Part shown: piece after piece, positions 40,083 to 50,643 of the stretch
Numbering within the stretch: the stretch's first letter is position 1
How the letters are laid out: each line of letters opens with the position of its first letter
Origin: Alphaproteobacteria bacterium
GTDB lineage: Bacteria; Pseudomonadota; Alphaproteobacteria; JAUHZC01
Direction of reading: 5' to 3'
NCBI GenBank assembly: GCA_030425805.1
Contig: JAUHZC010000003.1
Span: forward strand, 701 to 64,700
Length of the DNA: 64,000 nt
Program-made: the position numbers and the translations under genes
Notes under the pieces: generated by a model
What the model was told of the DNA's origin: nothing
The model's input: only the letters and a program-made list of their open reading frames with translations
Database searches by the model: none

Positions 40083-40823
40083 TTAGTCTGTAAAAGTCGA
40101 TTTGACATTGACCCTGAAACGAACTTGGAAGTTTTTATTAAAGTCGTTCTGGGATGAGACCTGATTTGCACCCCTCGTATGAGTAGCAAAAGCCATATGA
40201 CGCTCTTTTGGAAAAGCGTCAGTGGCTTTGAGTTGTTCAAAAGTTGATGAGAATTTATGAAGGTGCAGCGAACCAAGATTGTACTCCTTTGCAACAATTC
40301 CGGACTTTTGAAGTGTTTTTTGTATTGCACCCTCTAAAAGCTCTTCTTCTATGGAGTGCAGATCCTCAAAAATTGATTTTGCTGGCAAGAAAGTCACACC
40401 TACATGTTTTGAAGGGCTAATATTCATTGAGCGCATGCCTTCATAGAGCTCTTTAACTTTTTTTGTTGAAACTTCAATTTCTTGGGTCACATAAAAAACC
40501 TTTTGAAGATCATTTCCCTGATGATGCGGATAAATCACTGTTTTGTGAACAGGTTCTAGCGTTATTTCCTGGCTAGGGATTTTTGCTTTTTCAAGATGAG
40601 CCAAAAGATCCTCACGTGTTTGCTTCATAGCTGTCTCAATATTCTCTAGATCTTCCCCTTTGTGATTTAATAAAATTTGCATCACAACTCGGTCTGGTAC
40701 CATAAGCTTATCAGCGGAACCTGTGATTTTGATTTTTTTAGGGGCATCGCTTCCTAAAAGTCCATAGCAATTGCTGTAAACTATACTTAGAAGGAAAAGA
40801 AACCAGATAGATTTTTTTTGCAT
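40083..40823 (-). CDS. exported SIMPL-domain (DUF541) protein
   Basis: Signal peptide. 'KIKITGSADKLMVPDRVVMQILL' resembles the SIMPL N-terminal block. Confidence 0.45.
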   Translation of the reverse strand: MQKKSIWFLFLLSIVYSNCYGLLGSDAPKKIKITGSADKLMVPDRVVMQILLNHKGEDLENIETAMKQTREDLLAHLEKAKIPSQEITLEPVHKTVIYPHHQGNDLQKVFYVTQEIEVSTKKVKELYEGMRSMNISPSKHVGVTFLPAKSIFEDLHSIEEELLEGAIQKTLQKSGIVAKEYNLGSLHLHKFSSTFEQLKATDAFPKERHMAFATHTRGANQVSSQNDFNKNFQVRFRVNVKSTFTD

Positions 40824-40930
40824 AACGAAAGCCTCACATGTGTATCTAAGGTTATCATCACTTTCACTCAGTCGCTAGACTCTGGTTCATTATTTTAATA
40901 CTCTTAAAAAAGTAAGATGAGAAATCTCCC

Positions 40931-41536
40931 ATGATTGATAGTTACATCCGCCCCTACATTGATCCGCCTCTGAAAATTTTAGCACGGACTTTTGTAAAGT
41001 TTGGCTTGAAGCCCATTCACCTCACGCTTGCAGGAGGTGTTTTTGGTTTTTTCTGTGGCATGATGGTGCTTTTAAACCAGCCAACTTGGGCTTTCAGCTT
41101 CCTTATGCTGAATCGCCTTTGTGATGGACTAGATGGAGCCATTGCCCGTGAAACGAGGCTCTCAGATTTTGGGGGTTATCTGGATATCACTGTTGATTTC
41201 CTTGTCTATAGCTTCATTGTCCTTTGTCTTGGACTGTTAAACACAAAAGCAAACGGTGCCATTGCTGCCTTTGTCATTTTTACCATGATGGGGGCTGGCA
41301 CAACTTTTCTTGCTCACAGTATCCTAGCCGCAAAAAAAGGGCATACCTCCAGCCACCAAGGAGAAAAATCAATTTATTACTTGTCAGGAATTTGTGAAGG
41401 CTTTGAAACAACACTCTTCCTTAGCTTGATTTGTCTCTTCCCAGGACAGTTTCTTATCCTTGGACTTCTCTTTGGATCTCTATGTCTCCTGACAGTTATG
41501 GGACGAATTTGGCAGACAGCAAAGGATTATAGTTGA
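40931..41536 (+). CDS. CDP-alcohol phosphatidyltransferase family protein
   Basis: 'RLCDGLDGAIARE' DGxxAR motif and multiple TM helices. 201 aa. The substrate (choline, glycerol-phosphate, inositol) is not assignable. Confidence 0.6.
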   Translation: MIDSYIRPYIDPPLKILARTFVKFGLKPIHLTLAGGVFGFFCGMMVLLNQPTWAFSFLMLNRLCDGLDGAIARETRLSDFGGYLDITVDFLVYSFIVLCLGLLNTKANGAIAAFVIFTMMGAGTTFLAHSILAAKKGHTSSHQGEKSIYYLSGICEGFETTLFLSLICLFPGQFLILGLLFGSLCLLTVMGRIWQTAKDYS

Positions 41537-41593
41537 AGCAGCGTTAAATCTTCTGTAAGTTAATTCCTTGAGTTTACTTGTTAGGAGATAATC

Positions 41594-42133
41594 ATAGATC
41601 GTTCTCGTCGCCCAAATCCACGCCAAGCTGGTCCTCGTATCAACCGGGACATTCGTGTTGATAAGATTCGCCTCATCGGTCCCGATGGAGAGATGATAGG
41701 CGTTGTATCCCTGGACCAAGGGCTTGAGCTTGCTCAACAGCATCGTCTTGACCTTGTAGAAGTTTCTCCAAATGCAGATCCTCCTGTATGTAAGGTCCTT
41801 GATTACGGGAAGTTCAAGTATGAAACCCAAAAAAAGCAATCGGCTGCCAAGAAAAAGCAGAAGACCATTGAAGTGAAAGAAGTTCAACTTCGTCCTGCCA
41901 TCGAAGAAAATGATTATCAGGTTAAGAAAAATCGTGCCTACAAATTTCTTGAAAGCGGGAATAAAGTCAAAGTGACTCTCCGATTTCGGGGTCGTGAAAT
42001 GGCTCACCAAGAAATTGGAATGGAGCTCATGAATCGCCTCAAAGGGGATTTGGAAGAAGTCTCAAAAGTCGACCACGAGCCCTCCCGAGAAGGGCGTCAA
42101 ATGATTATGGTGCTTAGCCCTGCTAAACCTTAG
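41594..42133 (+). CDS. infC: translation initiation factor IF-3 (probable non-AUG start)
   Basis: C-terminal '[21 protein letters not shown]' IF-3 signature. The first in-frame ATG (41693) would truncate the conserved N-domain ('[21 protein letters not shown]'). An in-frame ATA/ATC 5-8 nt after an AGGAGA Shine-Dalgarno at 41583-41588 fits the known autoregulatory non-AUG start of infC. Confidence 0.8.
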   Translation: MDRSRRPNPRQAGPRINRDIRVDKIRLIGPDGEMIGVVSLDQGLELAQQHRLDLVEVSPNADPPVCKVLDYGKFKYETQKKQSAAKKKQKTIEVKEVQLRPAIEENDYQVKKNRAYKFLESGNKVKVTLRFRGREMAHQEIGMELMNRLKGDLEEVSKVDHEPSREGRQMIMVLSPAKP

Positions 42134-42134
42134 T

Positions 42135-44825
42135 TTAGCGATGCTTTTCAAAAACCATTACGATTTCTGTTCCCTGGTCAGGTTGAGACCGGACTCTCAT
42201 TTCCCCCTGAGAGAGATCAATGATTTCTTTACAGTATGAGAGTCCAATTCCCATCCCTGAGGATTTTGTTGTAAACATTGGGTCAAATATATTCTCAAGA
42301 ACGTCTGGCTGCATCCCAGGACCATTGTCCTGTATTGCGACAACAACCTTATCCTCATCAACTTCAATTTCGATCTCAATTCGAAGCTGAGAGCCCCTGC
42401 GTCCTTGCCCACAAAAAGCCTCATAAGCGTTTTTGAACAGGTTATGCATGACCTGAATCATAGCTGATTTATGGGTAGAAATCAGAGCATCTTGTATCAG
42501 GCCCTTTAGGATAAAGATCTCCCCCTTTTCTTCAGGCGGGAGAGGATAAATATCGATAGCCTCTCGAAGAATATCCCCGATATTTTCTTTGTGAACAAAA
42601 AGTTCTTTGTTTGTTCCCTTCAACTGCCTGATTGAGAGCTGTTGAATCTGGGAAATGCGTGTCACTGTATTTCCAATTTCCTCGATATTTTTCTGCAACC
42701 CTTCAACATCTTCCTTGCTGCCCTTAATTTCAACCTTCTTTGCAATATTTTTAAGAGAAAATACACGCATTCCTAGGGTTGATAGAGGCGTAGAAAGCTC
42801 ATGAGAAATATAATTTGCTTGGTATTTTTCAAGCTGTTTTGCTGAAAACTCATCCCCCTCTTTTTTTCGAGAGAAGACCATTCCCATGAGGGATGAAAAA
42901 ATAATACTGAAAACAAAAAGTAAAATATCATTAGATGCGAAATCGAAACAGCTTCCTCCGCATAAAAGAATATACAAACCAAAGGCAAGTAGGCTCCCAC
43001 CTGCAAAAAGAATCATAAAAACACGCCAAGAGACGAGGAGAGCCATGAGAAAAAGCCCCAAAGTTAAATTTGTGAGCCCGAATGTATCTAGGTTTCCTAG
43101 AAGACCCTGCACCATCAAAGTGAAAGGAAGCGTTATCATGACAGTGAAATGCCAATAGGCTGTGAAATACCGCAAAAGACTCTTTGGCCAATATCCTTTT
43201 AGCAAGAGGAGAACACAGAGAAAGCCAGAAAATAGCTTGAGAAAAATCATCTCACCAGAAACCAGAGTTGATTTTTGGATCCACATGAAATTCGGCGCAA
43301 TGTAGACACACAGCACAAAAACGGAAAAGCCTGTAGCTGGAAGCCATTCTAACCTAGCTGGATTGAGAATTTCAGAAAAAGAAGGCTTCTTTTTGCTCGA
43401 CTCTCTTTGGATTCTTATGATTTTTTTCTGTGATTCAGGTGCAAACCTAGATTTTGGCTCGAAAAAAAAAAATCGCGTGAAGAAAACTACTGCGTTTCCT
43501 AGCATTCCAACAATAAAACCTGGAACATATGTTAAATCCACAAGATTCAAAACATCCCAAATGATAAAAGAAACAATCCCCCCGAGTACTGCATAAAGAA
43601 AGGTTTTCTCTGAAACTTTGATTCCAAAAATTGCAGCATAAAGCGGAACAACAGCAACTGGACTCCAAAAGCTCATGAAATAGACCATGATACTCAGGAT
43701 ATCCTTGAAAATGAGCGCAATAGCCATAGCAAAAAGAGCTGCAGAAGGAGTAAAAATCCAAATCCAGTTCCGCATACGCTTTTCATCTGATCTTGTTTTT
43801 TCTTTTAATCCAAGAACATCCCCCAAGAAAGTGGAAGTACTTAAGTTCAGAGCAGAGTCTGCAGATGACATAATAACAGCCATGAGGCCTGAGGCCGCAA
43901 TCCCCTTTACACCTATAGGCAAAAACTCTGAAATAAGATGAGGAAAGGCGAGCTTGGAATCAATATTTGGAAAAATAATATAGGCTGCAATCCCAATTAA
44001 CCCAATAAAGAAAAAGAAAGGAAACTCCAGAATTGCCGTCAAAATCATTGATTTAGACATTTGCTTAGGTCCCCGTGAAATGAAAAACCTGTGCAAAATT
44101 AGAGGGTTTAAAATCGGTAAGAATTGAGCAAAGAAATACGTTAGAAGAAGCCCTGTATCTGCTTTTGTATGTACAAAAGAATAGTGCGTTTCAGGGATTT
44201 GAGAAAAGAATTTTTGATATCCCCCAAAGTAGTCTAGCAAAAACATGCAAACTGAAGGAACGCTCACAACGATGAAGCAAAATTGCAAAACGTCCGTGAA
44301 CACAACAGCACGAACCCCCCCAAACATTGTATAAAAAAGAACGATTCCCACACTGAAAAGAACACCGAGATTAAAGGGAATATTTAAAAAATATTGAAAA
44401 ACAAATCCCATTGCTGAAACTTGTAATGCAAATGTTCCAAGGGTCTTAATAAGCGCACTTAATCCAATAATTTTCTTAGCATACTGACCATAAGCCTTTG
44501 CCCCCATATCCCCAGGAGTCATACATCCATGGAATCTTCCCATCTTGGGAATGACAACAACACCGAGAAATAAATCAGCAAATGCCTGCAGTGCTACAAG
44601 AATAAGGATAGGGTAACCGTACTCAAAAACACGGGTAGAAAGCCCTAGACTTGATCCGCCCCCCAACCAAGTAGCTGCCGTTGTACAAACAAGGACGGGA
44701 AGTGAAAAATTGCGATCTGCGACAGAGAAATCTTTTAAGGACTCAACTTTCTTGCCTCTTACAATAGCTACCCACAAGGTGCCGAGAAGAAATAATCCGA
44801 TAATACCTAAGTCAATATTGTGCAT
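42135..44825 (-). CDS. hybrid sensor: sodium:solute symporter (SSF) domain fused to histidine kinase (HisKA + HATPase_c)
   Basis: ~12-13 TM helices of SSF type in the N-terminal ~600 aa. H-box 'ISHELSTPLSTL'; N/G boxes 'HNLFKNAYEAF', 'QDNGPGM', 'GMGIGLSYC'. Confidence 0.8.
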   Translation of the reverse strand: MHNIDLGIIGLFLLGTLWVAIVRGKKVESLKDFSVADRNFSLPVLVCTTAATWLGGGSSLGLSTRVFEYGYPILILVALQAFADLFLGVVVIPKMGRFHGCMTPGDMGAKAYGQYAKKIIGLSALIKTLGTFALQVSAMGFVFQYFLNIPFNLGVLFSVGIVLFYTMFGGVRAVVFTDVLQFCFIVVSVPSVCMFLLDYFGGYQKFFSQIPETHYSFVHTKADTGLLLTYFFAQFLPILNPLILHRFFISRGPKQMSKSMILTAILEFPFFFFIGLIGIAAYIIFPNIDSKLAFPHLISEFLPIGVKGIAASGLMAVIMSSADSALNLSTSTFLGDVLGLKEKTRSDEKRMRNWIWIFTPSAALFAMAIALIFKDILSIMVYFMSFWSPVAVVPLYAAIFGIKVSEKTFLYAVLGGIVSFIIWDVLNLVDLTYVPGFIVGMLGNAVVFFTRFFFFEPKSRFAPESQKKIIRIQRESSKKKPSFSEILNPARLEWLPATGFSVFVLCVYIAPNFMWIQKSTLVSGEMIFLKLFSGFLCVLLLLKGYWPKSLLRYFTAYWHFTVMITLPFTLMVQGLLGNLDTFGLTNLTLGLFLMALLVSWRVFMILFAGGSLLAFGLYILLCGGSCFDFASNDILLFVFSIIFSSLMGMVFSRKKEGDEFSAKQLEKYQANYISHELSTPLSTLGMRVFSLKNIAKKVEIKGSKEDVEGLQKNIEEIGNTVTRISQIQQLSIRQLKGTNKELFVHKENIGDILREAIDIYPLPPEEKGEIFILKGLIQDALISTHKSAMIQVMHNLFKNAYEAFCGQGRRGSQLRIEIEIEVDEDKVVVAIQDNGPGMQPDVLENIFDPMFTTKSSGMGIGLSYCKEIIDLSQGEMRVRSQPDQGTEIVMVFEKHR

Positions 44826-45021
44826 GGTCTACTTTTGGTTACTCATAAATTCTACGCTCAATTTTTCTAAGAGACCACCTTTTTAAAATTTCACGGGATC
44901 CCTATATCTTAATTACTACATTTTTTTTATTTTTTTAAAGAGAGATTAGCATTTTTAGATCTAGGCAAAAAACTATGATATAAGAAAAAATTAGAAAAAA
45001 AATTCTGGGAGTGAAAAATAC

Positions 45022-47592
45022 ATGTCATATATCGACCTTTCAATTGTGGCTCTTTATTTGATAGGGACATTTATTGTTGGCCTATACTATGGAAAAAGAG
45101 AAGGCAAGTCATTACAACAGTTTGCGACAGGGAATAAAGACTTCTCCGTTCCCCTCATTGCAATCACTATCTTTGCAACCCTAACGGGTGGAAATAACGT
45201 TCTTGGAAATTCTGAGAAAGGATTTCGATACGGCATCATCTTTTATCTGATTGTCTTTGGAGATCCCGTCTACCGGTTGATTATGGCAAAATATTTTGCA
45301 CCACGATTTAGTCGTTTTCGTGACTGTATCTCTGCAGGTGACATCTTAGATAAAAGCTTCGGAAGGTTGGGGCGATGCATTGCTGGGGTTGCTGCTTTCA
45401 TGAAGTGCTCAGGAAGTGTAGCAGCTCAAATTGCAGGGCTCAGCATTGTACTTCAATACATGTCAGGAATTGATTACTTTACAGGTCTTGTGATCGTCAC
45501 ATTCCTCACAATTGCCTACTCTGCTTTTGGGGGAATCACCTCTGTTGTCTTCACAGACGTCATTCAGTTTGTAGCTTTGATTATTGCTGTTCCGCTTGTC
45601 TCAGCTCTCGCTGTTCATAAAGCGGGAGGCGCAAACGTTGTTTTTGAAACAACATTCATCACAAAGCCAGATTTCTCTTTTGAAGATGGAAGTTTTATTT
45701 TCACAATCTTCATGATCTACTGCATTCCAGAACTAAACCCTGTTTTGCTACACCGTCTTCTCATCTCCAGGAATCTTCGTTTCCTCTCTGCTTCTCTCCG
45801 GGCAGCAGCAGCCTTAGCGGTTCCTTTTGGCCTCGTTATGGCTTTGTTAGTAGGATCAGCATATATTCTTGATCCCACCATTGAGCCTAAGAGTGTTTAT
45901 CCGTACCTGATTGATACAATTCTGCCTGTAGGCTTGAAAGGAATTGCTATTGCAGGACTATTTGCAATTCTAATGTCAACAATTGACTCCTTTTTAAACA
46001 CAGCCTCTGTTGCCTTTGCCCAGGATATCTTGGAAGGATTTTTTCCCAAAAAGTTTAATGATCAAACCAAGAAGAAATATGCGCAGTCTACAACTGTAAT
46101 CATTGGTGCGATTGGTTTTTACATAGCAACTCAGTACAACAGCATTGTTTCAATTTTTCTTTTCTCAATGGAATTGTGGGTTCCACTTATGGTTGCTCCT
46201 CTCTATAGCGTAATCTTCAGATATAATGCGACTCAAAAAGATCTAATTTTTTCCTGTCTTGGGGGTGTTGTTGCACTTTACTCTGTAAAATTCAGCCCTC
46301 TTGGAAAAATCCCAGGATTAACTGTTTTTGCTGCATACTTAGGTAGCTTTTTAATGATGTTCAGGAGGGCACTGACATTTAAAAACCTAAAGGAGCTGCT
46401 GACACGACCTGCACGCCCAAGATCAATTGCTCTTGCAGAGAAAAAACGATACATCGTTCCCCAAAATATAGATGCCTTCTGCATTTTGATTGTTTTCTTC
46501 TATGCATTTTCTCCCTTCCTAGGAATCTACGAAAATAAAAATCTACTTTGGCTAGGAATGCATGTCTTGGGAGTTTCTTCTGCTCTTGCTCTCTTCTTTG
46601 GCCGACGTAATAACTTCAGCTTTAAACCTCTTATTCAGCCTTTTGTTATTATGACAGGAGCTCTCATACCTTTCTTAATGGTCCATGTTAGTGGAAAATT
46701 GGAAACACTCTTCTTTATCATGCCAATCTTCCTCTATTTTTCCTCCATGATTGCCTTTAGTAAGTTTTTTCAAGGAATTGCTTTTAGTTTCACGCTTTCT
46801 AAGTTTGTAACTTATTACTATATCGGTCTTCCTGGACTTGGGGCTTTTTATGAAGTTGCTTTTCTCTCAACTGTTCTCATAAGTGGATTTTTTATCTCTC
46901 GTTTAACATTCCACAACCCAAGAGAACGTTATCAAGGTGCTGCTATTGCTATTTCAGAAATTGCCCATGAAGTCAGAACACCCCTCCAATCAATTGCTGT
47001 TGATTTTGGAATGTTAATTGAAGAACTTGGTATTGGTAAAAAAGAGTCTCCAAATCCACTCATTGGAAAAATATATCACAAGCTTAATACCGTATTCTCT
47101 TCTCTGGAACTTATTCTTCAAACCTTCCGAAAAGACGATAAAAATGATCAATATGAAATTATTAATCTGAGTAATCTTTTGCAAAATATCATTGAACAGT
47201 ACTCATTTCCCAAAGATGTCCACGTTACAATTGATGCTCAGTGCCAGAATCTTCACGTCAAAGGTGATGAAGCCGCGCTCCGTGGAGTCTTTTTAAACCT
47301 TATCAAAAATAGTGTTGAGGCTCAGTATGGGCAGGATAAAAAAGAGGTTAATCTCACTTTGAAACAATCTGCAAACTATGCAACAATCTTTGTTGAAGAT
47401 CGAGGTCCTGGTGTAGATCTCAAAGACTCAGAAGTCATTTTTGAGCCTTTCTACACCACAAAGAAATCTGGCACGGGGGTTGGTTTGAGCTACTGCTTAA
47501 AAATTATTCAAAATCAATCAGGTTCTATGTTCTATGAACCACGTCCTGGAGGAGGCGCTCGATTTGTCGTCCAGTTACCTGTGGGGTCATAA
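45022..47592 (+). CDS. hybrid sensor: sodium:solute symporter (SSF) domain fused to histidine kinase
   Basis: SSF-type polytopic N-terminus. H-box 'ISEIAHEVRTPLQSI'; 'LNLIKNSVEA', 'EDRGPGVD', 'GTGVGLSYC'. Divergent from the first SSF-HK across an AT-rich 196-bp region. Confidence 0.8.
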   Translation: MSYIDLSIVALYLIGTFIVGLYYGKREGKSLQQFATGNKDFSVPLIAITIFATLTGGNNVLGNSEKGFRYGIIFYLIVFGDPVYRLIMAKYFAPRFSRFRDCISAGDILDKSFGRLGRCIAGVAAFMKCSGSVAAQIAGLSIVLQYMSGIDYFTGLVIVTFLTIAYSAFGGITSVVFTDVIQFVALIIAVPLVSALAVHKAGGANVVFETTFITKPDFSFEDGSFIFTIFMIYCIPELNPVLLHRLLISRNLRFLSASLRAAAALAVPFGLVMALLVGSAYILDPTIEPKSVYPYLIDTILPVGLKGIAIAGLFAILMSTIDSFLNTASVAFAQDILEGFFPKKFNDQTKKKYAQSTTVIIGAIGFYIATQYNSIVSIFLFSMELWVPLMVAPLYSVIFRYNATQKDLIFSCLGGVVALYSVKFSPLGKIPGLTVFAAYLGSFLMMFRRALTFKNLKELLTRPARPRSIALAEKKRYIVPQNIDAFCILIVFFYAFSPFLGIYENKNLLWLGMHVLGVSSALALFFGRRNNFSFKPLIQPFVIMTGALIPFLMVHVSGKLETLFFIMPIFLYFSSMIAFSKFFQGIAFSFTLSKFVTYYYIGLPGLGAFYEVAFLSTVLISGFFISRLTFHNPRERYQGAAIAISEIAHEVRTPLQSIAVDFGMLIEELGIGKKESPNPLIGKIYHKLNTVFSSLELILQTFRKDDKNDQYEIINLSNLLQNIIEQYSFPKDVHVTIDAQCQNLHVKGDEAALRGVFLNLIKNSVEAQYGQDKKEVNLTLKQSANYATIFVEDRGPGVDLKDSEVIFEPFYTTKKSGTGVGLSYCLKIIQNQSGSMFYEPRPGGGARFVVQLPVGS

Positions 47593-48440
47593 TGATTATT
47601 GTTCCAAGTTTTGTTGTTGCCATAGATGATGATGTTCATTTTCTAGATAGTTTAAAAAATCTCATTAAAGCCTCTGGTTTTGAAGCAGAGACTTTTCACT
47701 CCCCTCATAGAGCATCTGACTTTGTTCTTGAAAGTGAGAAAACGCTTCAGGATATGGGGTTTTATGAAACATCACCCTATACAGACGATGGCTTTGAAAA
47801 TTTAGTAGAAAAGCTTTTAGACCAAAAGCCCCCGATCATAAGCGTTCTTAGTATTGATCATAACATGATTAATATTACGGGGCTTGAGTGGCTAGAGTTA
47901 CACCCTTTCCACGCCCAGAAAATGCTTGTTTCTGGGGTACTTGGGGATACAGGAGCAGTTGAAGCTTTTAATAGAAAAAAAGTGAACTTCTTTCTACAAA
48001 AAGGGTCTGCAGACTTTGTCTCAAGGTTCAAACAGGGTATGAGAGAGCTCAACTTTGATTTTTTCGCCCAGTTTACCAGCAAAAACTATAGAGAGGATGT
48101 GATCCAATCTCTTAAGAATCTCTATATGGAAAATCAGTTTGATTTTCTTTTACCTCGCTCAACAGCCCCGATTTTTGAAATTACAGCTGATAATCGAAAG
48201 GGAATTCTTCATGTTTTTGATAAAGATGAAAAACTCATACAGCTTCAATACGCAAAAGAGTCTGGTGCAGCAAAAGATGTTTTGGCACTTTTAGAGAAGA
48301 AGGATATGGCATTTTGTCATGGAATCCCTACTAATTCTCAAAAAGCATCCCCAAAATCTTGGACAGCAGAGGATATTGTTCAACTCACGAATGTTCCCAA
48401 AACGGAGACTTTTGTTCATATATCTTATGAACCAACCTAA
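47592..48440 (+). CDS. atypical receiver (REC)-like domain protein with unknown C-terminal domain
   Basis: Translationally coupled to the kinase (ATGA). The N-terminus has REC-like landmarks: acidic pair 'AIDDD', putative phospho-Asp 'VLSIDHNMINITG', and 'FFLQKG' Lys. The alpha2-beta3 insert is unusually long. The C-terminal ~140 aa are unassigned. Confidence 0.45.
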   Translation: MIIVPSFVVAIDDDVHFLDSLKNLIKASGFEAETFHSPHRASDFVLESEKTLQDMGFYETSPYTDDGFENLVEKLLDQKPPIISVLSIDHNMINITGLEWLELHPFHAQKMLVSGVLGDTGAVEAFNRKKVNFFLQKGSADFVSRFKQGMRELNFDFFAQFTSKNYREDVIQSLKNLYMENQFDFLLPRSTAPIFEITADNRKGILHVFDKDEKLIQLQYAKESGAAKDVLALLEKKDMAFCHGIPTNSQKASPKSWTAEDIVQLTNVPKTETFVHISYEPT

Positions 48441-48542
48441 TTTTTAACAAATTTAAAATTACCCCTGGTAAATTTTGATTCAGGGTCCTATCTCTCAGAA
48501 ATAAGTATTAAAATTTGTTTTGCTACAGAAGAATCTGTAGAA

Positions 48543-49025
48543 TTGCAATCAGGGGAGGAAAACGAAAGCCGTATGGATATTACTCAAAATGTCATTAAAA
48601 GAACAAAGCTATATTTGAAAGAAAACCGTCTTTCAATTCCTGAGATGGAGCTTCGGGCAGGTCTTCGCGAGGGAACCCTTCGTAATCTTCTGTATGGGCG
48701 TGTCAAGAACCCCACTATTGGAACACTCTATAAAATGTCACGAGCTATGGATACTTCCATAGAAACACTTATCTCTGATCCTGAAAAAAGTCTTTATCAA
48801 AAAGAAATTGATTTGCTCATTAAAATTGCACACAAGGTCTTTCCGCCCATGAAGACTGAAAATGCAGAGAAAGATGATATTTTGAAGATGATTTGTGACA
48901 TTTACGACTATAGTGAGCGCACACCAAATAAGGAACTTGATGATAATTTCTTTCAATTTTCATTAGATAGATACTATCGAGAAAAAGAAAGCCCTGGTCA
49001 GCCTCAACCTAAAGACTTCAAGTAG
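48543..49025 (+). CDS. XRE-like helix-turn-helix protein
   Basis: 'MELRAGLREGTLRNLLYGRVKNPTIGTLYKMSRAMDTSIETLI' HTH_XRE-like. Paralogous to 50074..50523. Confidence 0.5.
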   Translation: MQSGEENESRMDITQNVIKRTKLYLKENRLSIPEMELRAGLREGTLRNLLYGRVKNPTIGTLYKMSRAMDTSIETLISDPEKSLYQKEIDLLIKIAHKVFPPMKTENAEKDDILKMICDIYDYSERTPNKELDDNFFQFSLDRYYREKESPGQPQPKDFK

Positions 49026-49960
49026 TCATCAAAAGAAGAAAGCTCTAGTCCTAAGAAGCCTAACTCTTTTTCATTGAGCCGGCTGTAGTAGAAAGTGCTA
49101 TCACAATTTCCCCTGACTTTGTGTAGAGGGGGTAGCTTTATGTCCCAAAAGGAAAAAGCTGGTGCAAGTTTGCGTTGCTTTATTTTCTCAACATCGGCAG
49201 TAGAAGCTCCTTTTTGAGCCATATCTTCAGCCATAAGATCAAAATCACTACCTTCATAGATGAGAAGAGCTGAAGTTTTTCCTTTTTGATCAATGAAAAA
49301 CCTGGATCCACGTGTACAGAGCGTACAATATTCAATCATGGGAGATGAAAAAAACCCTTGTTCCATTTCATCTTGAAATAAGGCTTGGTAAGGCCTGCTC
49401 TCTATAATTTTCCTATTTAACTTTCCCATGTAACGCCGGTATAAAGCCTTAAAAAAAAGTTCTGTTTGAAGGGGAATAAGGCTCAAAACCCTCTCCATAG
49501 CATCCCTTGACCCCTTTCCAACAAAACAATCTATCGTGCCTTCATTGAGGTGCTCAATGGCATCTTGATAGCTCTGGGTCCCTGTCAGCATGACTTTACG
49601 TAATGGCTTTTCCAAAGGGAGTTCTTTAAAAAGAGTCAACCCATCCATGACTGGCATTCTTAAATCAGCAATTAAAATCGATGTCATTGCATACCGATTT
49701 TTTTGAGCTAGGATTTTTAAAAAAGTTTTTTGCTCAAGAACATAAGCGTTATGGCCTGTCCACTCTTTCCAAACCCACTCGGCAGGGCAGGGTTCTTTTT
49801 TAAGATAAGATAAAAAGTTGTATGGATCCGTAAAAGCCTTTGCTCGCAAACCTTCTTCCTGAAGTGCGCTCTCAAAGGAATCACAAAACTCAGGGCTATC
49901 ATCAACAGCCCCGATAAATGTTGGATGATAAAGGAGAAGGTCGTTATTTCTCATATTCAT
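49004..49960 (-). CDS. atypical receiver (REC)-like domain protein with unknown C-terminal domain (paralogue of 47592..48440)
   Basis: 'GAVDD', 'ILIADLRMPVMDGLTLFKEL' (phospho-Asp region), 'VMLTGT', 'CFVGKGS'. Shares the long insert and an unassigned C-terminal domain with its paralogue. Confidence 0.5.
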   Translation of the reverse strand: MNMRNNDLLLYHPTFIGAVDDSPEFCDSFESALQEEGLRAKAFTDPYNFLSYLKKEPCPAEWVWKEWTGHNAYVLEQKTFLKILAQKNRYAMTSILIADLRMPVMDGLTLFKELPLEKPLRKVMLTGTQSYQDAIEHLNEGTIDCFVGKGSRDAMERVLSLIPLQTELFFKALYRRYMGKLNRKIIESRPYQALFQDEMEQGFFSSPMIEYCTLCTRGSRFFIDQKGKTSALLIYEGSDFDLMAEDMAQKGASTADVEKIKQRKLAPAFSFWDIKLPPLHKVRGNCDSTFYYSRLNEKELGFLGLELSSFDDYLKSLG

Positions 49961-50073
49961 CTCTTTATTTTATAATTATAACTTGAATACTTGAAAATTT
50001 TATTAAAATTTCCTTGGTGAGAAAATTTAAGCTAAGAATATATACAATTTAAATCACTGAGAAGATAAAAACT

Positions 50074-50523
50074 TTAGGCATCTTTGCTTCCCGCTCCCTT
50101 ATGAGACATGAGAAATTTTTCTTTTAAATATGCAATAAAAGCCGCATCTAGTTGATGATTTTTCCCATATACAAGGGCTTCCCACAACAGATTTGAAAAA
50201 TCACGGTAGCTTCCTCCATTTTCTAAAACAAAGGGAAGGAGGTATTTGCTTGCAATATTGATGTTACGAAACTCTAGAGATTTATACTGATCATGATCTT
50301 CTAAAAGGTCATTTATCGTAAGATCCAGAGCCTCTGACACCCTTACAAGCACATGCAAAGAGGGATTTTTGGTGTTGCCATTGAGAATATTTTTCAAAGT
50401 CTGGGGTTTGAGTCCGAGGCTTCTCTCAAACTCAGTCAAAGTATACTTATTTTCAGCCAAGTGGCGAGAAACCTTTGTTTTGAAGTTATCTATATGGCTC
50501 ATTCCAACCTCGCTAGATTTCAT
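50074..50523 (-). CDS. XRE-like helix-turn-helix protein (paralogue of 48543..49025)
   Basis: 'LTEFERSLGLKPQTLKNILNGNTKNPSLHVLVRVSEALDLTINDLL' HTH_XRE-like. Confidence 0.5.
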   Translation of the reverse strand: MKSSEVGMSHIDNFKTKVSRHLAENKYTLTEFERSLGLKPQTLKNILNGNTKNPSLHVLVRVSEALDLTINDLLEDHDQYKSLEFRNINIASKYLLPFVLENGGSYRDFSNLLWEALVYGKNHQLDAAFIAYLKEKFLMSHKGAGSKDA

Positions 50524-50643
50524 TATAACCTTTTTTTTTAAAAAAAATAAAAAAAAACTTGAAAACGATTAGAATATAACCATATAACACCTAATAAAAT
50601 TATATTTTTTTAATTCAATGTATAGTTAGGTATAGGTTTAACA

